From contig JBHGNT010000017.1 in NCBI GenBank assembly GCA_043228905.1, forward strand, positions 6,324,001 through 6,388,000: a stretch of DNA of 64,000 nucleotides, given 5' to 3'. Shown here piece by piece: positions 28,401 through 41,434 of this stretch. Made by a program: the position numbers and the translations under genes. The notes beneath the pieces were generated by a model. That model made no database searches, was not told the DNA's origin, and saw only the letters and a program-made list of their open reading frames with translations. Position 1 is the stretch's first letter. Every line of letters begins with the position of its first letter. Source of the stretch: Azolla caroliniana. Lineage: Eukaryota; Plantae; Polypodiophyta.

Positions 28401-29826
28401 GAGGTCGAAATGGTTCCCTTGACCTCGAAGTCTAACAATTCTCAAGCTTTGACACTTTAATTGTTAGATCTTTCATACTTTGAACTAATTCATCCAGCAA
28501 AGACTCACTGTTAGTTTTGATCATTTCTCGTGGTTGATGGACCATTTTGTGTGATGGTTCTCGACCAAGTCTTTGAACTTCGATGTTTTGCTCAAGCCAA
28601 TTTATGATTCCCACATGTGGTATTTGTAGCATTGCACCATTCCTTTGCATTCTTTTCATAAATTTATTAGAAGCATTTGTTACCTCATTCCAATCTGTAG
28701 TGATACAATCCTAGGTATTTGATACTTCAAGCATAAATTCCAATTCTTTTCTATATCTCATGTCAATTGCCTGCAAAAATAAAGCAACCTTTTGCCAAGA
28801 CAAAGAATTTCTTTCTTTAGGCTTTAAGTGTCCATACAATCTATCAAACTCTTTTTTCGTGTCAGCCACAGATAATGCTTTATTTTCTTTTAGGACCCAT
28901 TCATGGAATGAACACATAGTAACGCGAGAGAAAACCTCACAAGCATATTCAAACACAAGTGCTTCTTTGAATGCATTCTAATCCAAACTATGCAATGTTT
29001 GTATTTCATGAATTCTATCTCTTCATTCCATTTCCACTAATTTATAAAATTTCGCCATCATATTGACATCATTCATACTAGACATTTCCATTTCATCATA
29101 ATATATATTCACATACTTCGAAATATGTGTGCCATCAAACATACCAATCTTCTCTCGAACTTCTCGTAAGGCATGAAATAATATATCTAAGTTGATTCAA
29201 CTTTTCAATAAACAACCTTACTGGATCCATTGTACTCGTACTTGCCTTGTTGATGTTGATCTTTACTTTAGATGTCTCTTCTACTGAATCCCCGTTTCAC
29301 GTCGGGTTCACCAAATTGTGTCGTGGTGTGGCTCATCCAAAAGCGTAGCATTGCGTAGACAAAAGATAATGTGAAAGTGAGGAAGGAATCGTTGGGATTA
29401 TGGACGAAAGAGACGAAAGAATAGAGATGAAGTGAATAGAGATCGACAAGATAAAGCAAGGTAGGATTTTTAAGAAATATGAGATATGGCAAGATAAGAT
29501 ATAAAATGATATTTGAGAAAATGTAGGAAATTTATAATCATTATCATGAAAGAGTTACAAAATGGCTGCGAGCGTCGTTGGACCTTCGATCTTTGTCTCA
29601 CAAGGTAGTCGCTCTTCTCTTTCTTGATAGTAGACCACAATCTTCCCTTCTATCTTTCGATGAAGATAAGAGTCAGACCTTTGCCTTTTCGTTGCGAGTT
29701 GAGCACCGCCGCTGCCAAGCTAGTTCTTGTCTTGTCTTTTTCAGGAAGATGACCACAACCGGGGAAGAGTCAAACCTCCGCCTTTTCGTTGCGAGTTGAG
29801 CACCGCCGCCGTCAAGCTAGTTCTTC
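22486..29826 (-). mobile_element. AT-rich tRNA-Trp-primed Gypsy element H: 3' LTR 22486-23686, gag-PR-RT-RH-IN remnants, truncated 5' LTR from 29319
   Basis: LTR homology 22486-22900 vs 29319-29740, PBS 29296-29313, PPT 23687-23697. ORFs contain IDHGSEIN, GSLRFIQDLQ, FLDE, ADMLSR, GHRG...CEVC, IADRGE and ANGKIERGH. Confidence 0.92.
23221..23273 (+). promoter_or_regulatory. tRNA-derived Pol III A box/B box pair in LTR of H (second copy 23450-23504)
   Basis: TGGCTTAATGG...TTCATAA...GGTTCAAGTC, with A-to-B spacing of 43 nt as in class I tRNA genes. Confidence 0.65.
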
Positions 29827-30099
29827 GCCATGTACTTCATTCCCCATCCGGACACAACCATGATCACCGGCTGTGTAGGATGAGAAGCATCTCCTTGACT
29901 TCGACCTCGTCCCCGATTTGTTCCAGTTTTGGGGACTCCGATACCAGCCTCTTCCCCGGTTGTGGTCATCTTCTGTAATCAAGGCCTTTTGATCGGTTTC
30001 GGATTCCCTGTCCTTTCGGCGAACTTCTTCATCTAGCAAGCTTGATTTTAACCTTGCTAGCGACAACTGCTTTCCTTAAGGCCCAGCGTTGCCCAACGT

Positions 30100-32534
30100 T
30101 GTCGTGCCTTTCGGCTCCGGATCGTTTGCGTGAGTCGGGTGGGAACCGCCGAGGTTTTGGACTAGGAGAAAGAAAAATACAAATAAGGCTAGTAAAGAAT
30201 AGGTATAAAGAGTTATAAGATAAGAATCTCGTGAATCCCACGAGTTTAGTATATTTAGTCAATATTTAGGTAGTAAGAGAGAATTATTTTAGTAAATTCA
30301 TGAATCCCACGAATATTTTAGATTGATTGATCATTATAGAAAAATAATCAACAAAAACTACAATGTGCTCCCCATCCTTATATAGTGATGGGAGAGACTA
30401 AGCATAGCTACATGCTTTTTCTAATATGTTCATGCACACTAAATGTGCATGTGATGCCTTTCTAATCCTTGCTTTTATTTGCTAAATATAGTGCTCATGC
30501 ACGGTAGATGTGCATGAGTCACTTTTTAGTTGCTTGCGTTTTTCTATAAAATATTCACGCACTCTAAAAATGCATGATTTACCTTTTAATAAAGGTAGGC
30601 GCAAATAAAGCACTTATAGTTATTAAATCTATTTATAGAACACTAAAGATAAGGTAGCATAATGGTAAAGTTGAGGTTTGGCTACATGGAGGTACAGGGT
30701 TCGAATCCTGCCCTATGCACGTGATAAATATCTTGATATATTACTTTATTTATTTATATGTAATTAAATCGGTTATATTATTTTTACTTTTTCACGTAGT
30801 GTACGAAATACACTACGACACTCGCCCCCTCCGAACCCGCACATCCTCCGGTATGTGCCGAAGTTGCCGATGCTCGTTGTCTCCCCTTCATCCTCCGTTT
30901 GTCCCGCTATGTCAACTTTGTCTCTCCATTTTGAGTAGACCCATTCTTTCCACCCGAACCATTGTCGCCATCCGATCCACCATATTCTTTGTTCTCTCTC
31001 GTCATATTCTTGGCCCTTGTCATTCGTGGTAGTGTCTTTTACTGGCCTCTTTGTTGTCTTTATCAACCTTGACTTTTTTCCGGATCGCTCTCGTCCGATC
31101 GACTTTCAGTTTGATCGGCTTCCGATCGGATTCGTATTCGGCCGAATCGGAATCGGTTGTTCGGTTTCGATTGAGTCGGTCTCCTTCCGGCCCGGTTTCG
31201 ATCTATTGGTTTCGGTTTCGGTTGGCTTTCTTTTCCTCGTTTTCACCAGCCTCGACCGGTCCAACCTTCGGTTGATTCGGATTAGCTTCTTTCCAGATCG
31301 GTCTCGTCCGATCGGCTTTCGGCTAGGTCGGCTTCCATCCATATTCGCGTTCGGCCAAGTCAGACTCGGTCGATCGGTTTTGACCGAGTCGACCCCTTTT
31401 CGGGTCGGCTTTCTTTCGGGTCGTCTTTCGGCCGAATCCTCATTCGCCCGGTTCGGCTTTCGTTTGTGTCGTCTTTCAGCCGAATTCTCTTCCTTTCGGT
31501 TCGGCTTTCTTTCGGGTCTACTTTCGGTCGAATCCTCTTTTACCCGGTTCAACTTTCTTTCGGATCGGAATCCCGTCCGGATCACCTTCCATCCTAACTA
31601 GCTTCCGACTTTACCTTTCTTGCCGCCACCTCCCGTCTCTTCGGTCTCACGTTGCTTCTCAGACACAACCGCCGAAGTCTCTAGGATTAGTGGGCAGGAA
31701 TCCTCGGTATTATCATCCTCCGTTGTTTCACCCATAGCCATATTCTCGGCTATCTCTCCGTCATACACATCGGCTTCGACCTTTGTTTTCTTTCACGTCG
31801 GGTTCACCAACTGTGTCGTGCCTTTCGGCTTCGGATCGTTGCGTGAGTCGGGTGGGAACCGCCGAGGTTTTGGACTAGGAGAAAGAAAAATACAAATAAG
31901 GCTAGTAAAGAATAGGTATAAAGAGTTATAAGATAAGAATCTCGTGAATCCCACGAGTTTAGTATATTTAGTCAATATTTAGGTAGTAAGAGAGAATTAT
32001 TTTAGCAAATTCGTGAATCCCACGAATATTTTAGATTGATTGATCATTATAGAAAAATAATCAACAAAAACTACAATGTGCTCCCCATCCTTATATAGTG
32101 ATGGGAGAGACTAAGCATAGCTACATGCTTTTTCTAATATGTTCATGCACACTAAATGTGCATGTGATGCTTTTCTAATCCTTGCTTTTATTTGCTAAAT
32201 ATAGTGCTCATGCACGCTAGATGTGCATGAGTCACTTTTTAGTTGCTTGCGTTTTTTCTATAAAATATTCACGCACTCTAAAAATGCATGATTTACCTTT
32301 TAATAAAGGTAGGCGCAAATAAAGGACTTATAGTTATTAAATCTATTTATAGAACACTAAAGATAAGGTAGCATAATGGTAAAGTTGAGGTTTGGCTACG
32401 TGGAGGTATAGGGTTCGAATCTTGCCCTATGCACGTGATAAATATCTTGATATATTATTTTATTTATTTATATGTAATTAAATCGGTTATATTATTTTTA
32501 CTTTTTCACGTAGTGTACGAAATACACTACGACA
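30100..32534 (-). mobile_element. Young non-autonomous LTR element I (TRIM/LARD-like; about 720 bp LTRs, about 1 kb internal region without pol)
   Basis: Near-identical LTRs 30100-30820 and 31814-32534, Trp PBS 31792-31809, PPT 30821-30832, TSD ACGT. Confidence 0.95.
30655..30708 (+). promoter_or_regulatory. tRNA-derived Pol III A box/B box pair in LTR of I (copy at 32369-32421)
   Basis: TAGCATAATGG...GGTTCGAATCC, spacing 43 nt. Confidence 0.7.
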
Positions 32535-33012
32535 ACGTGACAATGAACGTCTCCCAACTATCCGGGAAGGAACCGAGCAGGAGCAATGCGAGTACCTCGT
32601 CCGCGAGGGGTACTTCCAACGAGGTGGCTTGGTGCATTAGCCCTTGGAAGGCATTCATGTGCTCTGCCATACTGGAGCCATCTTGGTACCGAAGCCTCAC
32701 TAACTTCCGAAATACCAAAACCCAATTAACAGCATTTTTGTTCTAGAACATGATGTTGATCTTCTCCTAGAGTTCATGATCCTTACCTTCTTCATTGAAG
32801 TTGTTGTATAGTCTCATGTCGATGAAGCACCGGATGTACGCCATTGTCTTCATGTGCATCACCTCCCATATCATGGCATCGATCTTGTCTGGTTTCTTGT
32901 CTCCGAACTGTACCGGCAGCTAGAGATCTTTGACCACGAGCATGTCCCTCATCTTCGACTTCCACACTAAGTAGTTGGAGCAGGTAAGCTTGAACATGCT
33001 CTGATACCAGTT

Positions 33013-33539
33013 TGTGCGGAAAATAGCGCTCGGTCACAACCGAGTCTTAAACAACAAAGGGAAGAAAACGAAACTAACAACTAGACAACACATGATGTTT
33101 ACGTGGAAACCCTAAATGGGAAAAAACCATGGGAGCCCACGGACTCCAACTATCACTATGAGGGGAGGAATACAACGTGAGACTCAGAGGCAACGATCTC
33201 GAGCTCTATGTCCTCGCCAACTAACGGTTACAACAGAAAACTCCTTTTGTGTGTGTGTGTGTCTCTCTCTCTCTCTCGCTCTGTGGACAACAACAACTCT
33301 ATATCGTCGTCTATGTAAAGTGATTGCCCTAAGTCATATTTATACCTATATGACTTTTGGGCTATTTACAAATATAGCCTCAGTGGGCTTATCCTAACAT
33401 ATTTACAAATATTTCCTTGGATGTGGTTCACACCAGATCCATTCAGATTCACTGGTTTCGGTTTCTGGATCTTATCTGGAACCCTTCCGAATCCGACTTC
33501 TTCATCCGGATCCCATCCAGAGGGAGCAAATTCCCAACA
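33013..33539 (-). repeat. 5' LTR of Copia F
   Basis: Adjacent to PBS GCTCTGATACCA (plus strand) and followed by TSD TATAT. Confidence 0.93.
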
Positions 33540-33847
33540 TATATTTCCTCCAATTTTAGGAGGAAAAGGAATAAGTTTCCTGAATCTATGCTTTATTGTC
33601 ATATTAGATTCAAAATTAAATTCAAACCCTACACTAGTGTTGGACAAAGTCTTGAGAACAATGTTAGGATTTCGGTTGGGTTGGGACCTTTGCCAGCCAA
33701 GGTGGGGGACAGCCAGAATTGATTCCGGCCAGGTAGTGAAAAAATTGATCCTTTATTGCCTCGTAAACTTCCATATATCCCCGATATTTTAATTTTCTTA
33801 TTCTCTTTGGAAAACATGGATTGTGTATGTATGTTCCCCCATAGATT

Positions 33848-34575
33848 ATGCTAGTCCAACGTACTCTACATTATTGTTACAATATGTCCCACAACAAAAA
33901 TACGAAAGGCAAAGGAAAGCAAATCAACCTGTTTACAATGCTTCGTTTTAGGAAAAAATTGTCATCTTCCAATGAAAATGTGTCTATAGAAGAACCTATA
34001 AAGAATCATCAACACTCTCAAGAGTTACTTCATGAGATGAATTCATAGAGTTAGTAAGGCCAAACTAAAATTTCAAGAAGATGGACCTCCTAAATTAAGT
34101 GGCTTTAGGATTTGGAAACTAGTCTTTTATGTTGTAGTTATTGTAGGAGTGATCCTCATTGTAAGTCTTTATTTGTCAAAACAAGTGGCAAAAGTTTTAA
34201 AACTTCTGCATTAGAAGAACATGCTAGAAGTGAAGCCCATCACGATGTCATTTTGTTACAAGAACGAGACAAGAATGGTCTTGGAAGATGTAAATCAAAG
34301 AAAAAAGCTAGTCTAGACTTAACAATTGAAAGATTGTTTAAATGTGCATATTATATAACAAAAGAGGATCTTGCATTTAGAAAATTGGAAAGCCTCTTAC
34401 AATTGTTAAGAGAGGGTGGTATGGAAGGCCTTCCATGGATGTATAACAATAACAAGGCTTGTGCAAGCTTTATCTTGCACATTAGTAACGCTCTTGAAAT
34501 ATGACAAGTTGAAGACAAGCCCCTAGTTTGGAGTTATGGTAGATGAAGCTACCGATGTAAGTGTAATCGATAACT
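33848..34575 (+). mobile_element. hAT transposase remnant (ZNF862/DUF4371-like N-terminal half)
   Basis: Motifs CSYC...EHARSEAH and LFKCAYYITKEDLAFRK, then FGVMVDEATDVS at about 34528-34563, cut by Copia P. Confidence 0.75.
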
Positions 34576-34838
34576 TGTGCAGAATAGAAGCTCGGCCACA
34601 ACCAAGTTGAACACTCAATGGAAGAAAACAGAAAATAGAAATGAAGATTAATGCACTTACACTGAATGAGGCAACACCAGATGTTTACATGGAAAACCCT
34701 AATCGGGAAAAACCATCGAAGCCCACAGACTCCAACTATCTCTATTAGAGGAAGAATACAATGCGAGGCTCAGAGGCAATGACCTCGATCCCTATGTCTT
34801 CGCCAATCGGCGCTTACAACAGAAAAACTTTCTGTATA

Positions 34839-34869
<31 letters not shown>

Positions 34870-35279
34870 AACGGCTCTTTCTGACGTTGTCGTTATCGTT
34901 GTCTGCAACTGTCTCCCTTCCTCCCTCTCTCTTCTCTCGCTCTCTCTCCGTAACAACTCTTTCTGCCATTGCCATTGCCATCATTTGCAGTCGTCTACAA
35001 CGGCTGTTTGTTATCGTTGTCGTCTATTGTTGCCGCCATTTCTGGCTATTGTAACTGCTGTTGGTGCCGCTGTTGTCGTCACTGTTGTCATCAGTTCTTG
35101 GCCGTCACCACTACCGTTGTCGTCGTCGTGTGTAGTCGTTGTCGGCCGCCGCTATCACCTACGCTTCTGACGATGTCATCAGCTGAGTAAACGCATAGAT
35201 GTGCTTCTACACTCGAACCTAACGTAACGTACAAGGCATCAATGCTCGACTAAGTTTTTCTGTCCTCTTTGTCTTTTCT

Positions 35280-36095
35280 TTGTTTTATCTTTTGATTTAC
35301 AATAGGACTTCTAGACAAAACCATAAGGAAACACACGAAGAAATTATAAGTAAGGAAGAAGTTTTAGATGTCCTTAACCCTTTAGTTAAAATAGAAAAAT
35401 GGGCGAAAGAGATTGAAGCTGAAAAACAAAAAGATAAGGAAGAAAAAGAAGTGCTTATTGCTGAAATAACGAAACTTAAAGTAGACAACACGAACTTTTT
35501 GAAGCAAGTTAAGGACCTTGAGACATCTAGGGAAGATGGTGAAATATCTTCCCTAGAGGATATTAAGGATGAGATAAAAAAGTTCAAGGACGAGGATATT
35601 AAGTGATATGGAATTAGCAAAAACTGGGTGGGTTGATGTAGTAAAACGTAATATTAAAAAGGAACTAAAGGATGAAAATATTGTAAACACTACCCTTGAG
35701 GAGGAAAAATGCATCAAGCTCGACGCCTAAATGTACAAGTTACTGAGCTCAAGGAACAGGCATCTCCTGACGAAGATGGACAAACATTAGGGAAAATGTT
35801 GGGGTACAAAGCCCTACCAATCACTAAAACTTGGAGGGTAGGACGTGACACCACTAGGAAAAGCGCTTTGGTCCTTCAGTTTAAGGAATCAGAATCTAGA
35901 ATCACATTTTTTAAAAAGAAACCAATTCTTCAAGGATTGGGCGGGGACCCTATCTACCTCGATGAAGACCTGACCAAGATGCAAATTGAGCATTGTAAAA
36001 CTTGTATGCCGCGAGTCATACATGCTCGTAAAGAGGGGCATCGTGCTTTTTACCGAGACGGACGTGTGATAATAAATGATCGCGCTGCCAATTGA
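35280..36095 (+). pseudogene. LINE ORF1 remnant
   Basis: Charged coiled-coil ORF 35280-35606, followed by ORF 35709-36095 with RVGR...LVLQF...IYLDEDLT. Confidence 0.7.
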
Positions 36096-38921
36096 GGGCG
36101 TGTGGCCCATATGATAGACAATAAACTTAGGATGACTTTATGGAACTGTAACGGTGCACTTTGGACACACCTTGGCCGTCTAGAGGAGATCTTGAAGATA
36201 TCTAACATACTTTTTTTAGTAGAAACACATCAAAGCCCAAATCGACGACTGCTAGGAGTTGACGGTTTTCGTTGGGAATCTGTCTTTAGACAAACCTCAC
36301 GTCGACATACTACTAGAGGGGTTGCGATACTATTTCGAAGAGAGATACATAAAAAGATTGAAATACTAAAGAAAAACCTAGAAGCCCGTTTTATGTGGGT
36401 GAAGGTCCTCACTAACAAGGATCAGTCAATATTTATCGCCGTGTGTTACTTCCCCCCGAAAGGATCCCGATATAATATGGCTGGAGAGGCGAGTATAGTT
36501 GATGAAGGAACGCCGCATGGGCCTTCGTATGGTGGGCCTTCTCCATACGAACCTTTATCAGATGACATAATCCGATATTCTTCTCAAGGGGAAGTCTTCC
36601 TTGTAGGAGATTTCAATGTGAGAACCCAATCCCAACAATGCACAATATTTCAGATGGATAGAAACCTAGAAATGGTGAATGTCGACCCTTTAGACTTAGA
36701 CATAACATGTACATCAAAGGATCAAGGTGCGGACGCCACAAGCTTTGGCCATCATCTGCTTGAACTTGGAAGCCGACACCAGATGATCATATATAATGGC
36801 TTAGCCAAGTGGCTGGGCTCGGAAGCGCTCACATGTTTCCCACATGGAGGAGGGGAAAGCACAATTGATTATCTAATAGGATGCCTTGAAGCTACCCACA
36901 TTGTTAACTATTTCCGGGTGGCCCCATGCCCCATTGGTGCAGACCATACCTTCCTATACTTTGAGCTAAAATGTGACACCTCCCATGCCCCCAACTGTAG
37001 TCAATCAAACCATCACACCATAAAAAATTTCATGCATGAGCTCGTTGACATCTACTCCGGACATGTTCAAGCCCATCTCTCCTCTTTTGATTCTTCCTTT
37101 CCTTTAGAGAACCTCACTACAGAACTTGCACACATGCTTCACTCACCAGCAATTAGTAGCTTCCCATACACAAAACACTCCAATCATAGTAGAATAGGGT
37201 CTATGCCATAGAACAAGTGGTATGACGAGGATTGTAGAAAGTTGTATAGACAACTTCAAGTGTCGTGACTTAGTGGTACTATTTCCTCAGTACATGCTCG
37301 AAAAGAGATGCGCAAGATGACACATTGTAAAAGGAGAGCTTGGGAAGCATCTCAATATTGGGAACTCTACCATATGCTCATGAGTAGGGATTGTGCCCTT
37401 GCATGGAAGAGACTACGGGAACCGCGACCACAAAAACCCATCGAGGATCCCAATATTTGGCACACATATATCGAGACACTCCACCATGTCCCTCACCAAC
37501 CACCCATTCCAATGCCTCCAAGACCCCGAACTACTATGGGGACACTTTTCATGACCTCTAGGGTCACGAAGGTCATAAAAAAATTACAACATAGGAAATC
37601 CATGGACCACATAGGATTGCAAGCTGAGCACATCATATATGCTCGAGAGTGCCTAACCCCCTTTCTCACTCTAATCTTCAACCGTGCCCCTCGCCGAGGG
37701 TTTTCCACCACAATGGACCATGAACACGGTGGCCCCTATACATAAAGGAGGGGACCCGATGGATCCAAATACATATATGACCATTATGATAGCTCAAATG
37801 CACGCTAAACTATATGGTGCGGTAATGGAAGTGGAGCTCAGTGATTATATGGAAACATTAAGTCTTCAAGCACCTGAGCAGGCTAGCTTTAGACAAGCCT
37901 TCTCCAATATTGACCATATCTTCACACTTACATGCTTAATTGACCAGACGAAGGCTTGTAAGAAGAAACTATATTGTTGCTTTGTGAACTTCTGCAAAGC
38001 CTTTGACACTGTTCCTAGGGAGAAGTTGTTTGATAGACTTAAGAGCTTGGAGATACCAAATGACATGATCTGGGCCATATATGCCCTATATGAGCAAGTC
38101 TCTGGGTGCGTAAGATGCCCAGGTGGCCTCTTCGATTGTTTCACTAGCACCATTGGTGTAAAACAAGGTTGCCCCCTATCACCAACTATTTTTGTGATCT
38201 ACATTGATGAGATCATTGATTTTATGGCTCGTAGGTAAGGGAGTATCTATTGGGGATACGCAAGTTAGTCTCTTACTCTACACAGATGACATTGTCTTGC
38301 TCTCGGAGTCGGAACACGACTTACAAAAGCATCTTAATGCCCTAGATGACTTTTGTACACAACAAGGACTAGTAATGAATCTAGCGAAAACTAAAGTCCT
38401 TATCTTTCATACATCGTTCCGAGTTAGGAGTAAATGTCGCCTAATCCTCTGTCATAAATTAGTTGAGGTAGTTGGATCATATGTATACTTGGGAGTCACT
38501 TTTAGTGCTCGCTCAAGTAAATTCTCGATGATGCAGGCAGCCAAACATAGGCTAACGAGAGGGTATGCATCCCTCTCACTCTTAGAGAGACAATGCCACC
38601 AGGCATACTTTAAAGAGCCACGGACTAAGGGATGGCTCTTCGACTCATTAGTGATCCCTTCCCTCATGTATGCATCAGTAGTATGGGCTCCAGGTCTACC
38701 ATCTTTCATGTGGATGCAATTAGAGAGACCTTTGGTGACAATGTTATCACATCAACTCCGAAGCAAATTGACAGTACCACATGACATTATTAAAGGAGAG
38801 TTCAATCTACCCCCGATGTTAGTAGAAGCACTGTTTCAAGTGGTAGTTTTTATTCATCAGATACATAGCCAACCACAAGATAGGATATCCCATAGAGCCT
38901 TTGAGGCATCCCGATCCCTAC

Positions 38922-39495
38922 TGTTGGGAGACAGGTCCCTCCGGATGGGAAGGAAGAAGAACAGGCTACGGAGAGTCGGATGGTGCAGACCCGGTGAAGA
39001 CCGGATGATGAGTACCCGGCTATGGAGAGCCGGATGGTGCAGACCCGGTGAGAACCGGATGAGGAGTACCCGGCTACGGAGAGCCGGATGGTGCAGACCC
39101 GGTGAGAACCGGATGAGGAGTACCCGGCTACGGAGAGCCGGATGGTGCAGACCCGGTGAGAACCGGATGAGGAGTACCCGGCTACGGAGAGCCGGATGGT
39201 GCAGACCCGGTGAGAACCGGATGAGGAGTACCCGGCTACGGAGAGCTGGATGGTGCAGACCCGGTGAGAACCGGATGAGGAGTACCCGGCTACGGAGAGC
39301 TGGATGGTGCAGACCCGGTGAGGAGTGCTCACCGAAAGAAGAGACATATTCGTAAATATGTTTTCTGAGCATCCATTGTGGCTATATTTGTAAATAGCCG
39401 AAAAGTCATATTAGTATAAATATGACTTAGGGCAAACTTTTATATATGGTTGTTGTCATACTTGTTTGCGCGAGATTAGAGCGCGGAACTGTGTA

Positions 39496-39533
<38 letters not shown>

Positions 39534-39802
39534 GAGGTCGTTGCCTCTGTTGTAACCACCACCTGTGGCGAAGATAGAAAGCTCGAGGTTGTTGCCTCGG
39601 CGCTTTACTATTGTACACTGTAACATAGTGATAGTTTGCAGCCTGTGGGCTGCCGTGGTTTTTCCCTAGTTTGGGTTTTCCACGTAAACATCCTGTGTAC
39701 TCTTCTCTTCACTGTGTCGTGCATTCTTTCCTGTTTTCTATGTATGATTCTAAGCTCGGTTGTGGCCAAGTGTTGCGCATAGGGGACGTATAGTTCTCGT
39801 CA
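38922..39802 (+). mobile_element. Solo LTR Q (Copia F/P family) inside LINE O
   Basis: TGTTGGGA...CTCGTCA with TSD CCTAC (38917-38921 / 39803-39807). Similar to the reverse complement of the F LTR. Confidence 0.88.
38964..39322 (+). repeat. 54-bp tandem repeat, about 6.7 copies, in U3 of solo LTR Q
   Basis: Unit GGCTACGGAGAGCCGGATGGTGCAGACCCGGTGAGAACCGGATGAGGAGTACCC. Confidence 0.95.
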
Positions 39803-41381
39803 CCTACATGCGTCTAGAGACACTAGCTCTTGGTATAGCACTGTGATGATTTGGTTACTTGCAAACGGCATAAACATTAATAACCTACCCCCCCTTAAGT
39901 ACAACCATGGGACTTATCAAACTCTAATATCTCATGAAGACCATAATAAAGTGATACGCCAAAAAATATGGGAAATTTACACTTGATATAAATGGATGAC
40001 CCCACGAGAGCCACTCCCATCTAAAATGTTGTACTATAAGGAACACTCCTTGCACTTCTCTTAGTTAGCTTTTATTACACGACCAAGATATCTACATATA
40101 TTCTTATCAAATGCACTAAGGGTGGCCATTGGACAACTTAAGATATCATCTCACCAACTTGAGATTGAGAATGGTCGGGCTAATAGAGTCCCTAGAGAGG
40201 AAAGGTTATGTAGGTTGTGCCACATAGAGATAGAGGATGAGTATCACTTCACATGCAAGTGCCCAACTTATGCTGAGATACGAGTGGAATACCAAGACAT
40301 ATTAGGACCCCCTCCCACCCTCTCCAAACTATTAGATACCCCGAATGTAAAGAGACTAGGTAGGTATATCCTAGAGCTAAAACAACATAGGGAGAATAAA
40401 TTACAAAGTGTTAACTTTATCTAATAGTTTGGAGAGGGTGGGAGAGGGTCGTAATATGTAACTAGTGTAACCATAACCCTTTTCCTATTCATCAACTTGT
40501 AACTAGTGTAATTTTTCAAGAACAAGGGGAGACGATGAATGTGGATACACTTACGCCGCTCGACCTCTCTCTTGAGGAAGCCGAAATGCAAAGGACAACC
40601 AAACACCCTCGGATCTTGGGCTTCAAAACAAGTCAACACGGATTAGAAAGGATTAACAAGATAAGGGAACATGAGCTACGTTGACTAGAAGCTATGGTTG
40701 GGGTACCTTTTACATCGGGGCCATGGGCCACATCCACATCGAAACCCTTTGACCTGGATGGAAATGAAATGGGGCCTTGTATAACATCATTTTCATTGTA
40801 GATCATGTTTGTTATTTTACTAGAAATTTTTAGCTTAAAACTCTATTTTTATTTTTATTTTTTACTTTCGATGAATGGGTAAATATCCCATTTTTTGTTG
40901 TAAACCATTTCTCTCATGGGCCAATTTTGGCCTTAGAAGACGTTAATATATCTTTCTTTCTCAAGCTCTCTTTGTTTGTATGTATACACTTGTTCAACAA
41001 CATCACTGTCAGGAATAGTACTAAGACAAAGAGGGAATTAGTACTAAAAGATGCGAATTAGTACAAAGAGAGAGAAAAGGGTGTAGAACTCACGAGAGAA
41101 GGAGAGAGAGAGAGAGAAAGAGAGGAGAGATCGATAGAGAGAGAGAATGATGATAACAAAAGATATATATTTTTATATGAAGAGTAAATACCATAATAAC
41201 TATGACGCTTAAGACTGACGTTGAACCGATTTGGTTCGAAATAATGCCTTGTGCCTCCTTTTAAAGTGTTTTCAGGAGTACTTCTGAAGTTTCTAGAATG
41301 TTCCTGAGAAATCTGGAAATATACATCAATTTTGTATAGTGAAATAATAAATGAAAATAATATTTTTTGTATTATAATATA

Positions 41382-41434
41382 TGGTGTAATGGCAAGGGCT
41401 CAACCTATGTAACATAAGGTCATGGGTTCAAATC
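41382..41434 (+). promoter_or_regulatory. tRNA-derived Pol III A box/B box pair in LTR of N (copy at 58466-58518)
   Basis: TGGTGTAATGG...GGTTCAAATC, spacing 43 nt. Confidence 0.7.

Larger units (their letters stand above)
18429..33539 (-). mobile_element. Ty1/Copia element F (Tork-like by inference) with internal deletions and three nested insertions (G, H, I)
   Basis: LTRs 18429-18961 and 33013-33539, PBS 32998-33009, PPT 18962-18972, TSD TATAT. RT at 21373-22140 (YKARIVVKGF, LYGLKQAP, YVDD), RH at 18990-19770, gag at 29830-30095 and 32539-32990. Confidence 0.93.
36102..40424 (+). pseudogene. LINE ORF2 (AP endonuclease + RT + zinc finger), frameshifted and interrupted by solo LTR Q
   Basis: Motifs LWNCNG, LVETH, GDFNVR, IDY, ADH; KAFDTV, GVKQGCPLSP, YTDD, YVYLGV; RLCRLC...EDEYHF..CPTY. 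Confidence 0.9.
34870..40950 (+). mobile_element. Near full-length LINE O (RTE-X-like by inference): 5'UTR, ORF1, ORF2, 3'UTR
   Basis: ORF1 remnants 35280-36095 (coiled coil, IYLDEDLT). ORF2 has APE, RT and a C-terminal zinc finger. Ends are approximate and lie in CT-rich sequence. Confidence 0.88.

Noticed and set aside
38204-39355. LINE RT fused to an 18-aa repeat domain
   Set aside because: The repeat belongs to solo LTR Q, bounded by TSD CCTAC. The read-through is accidental.
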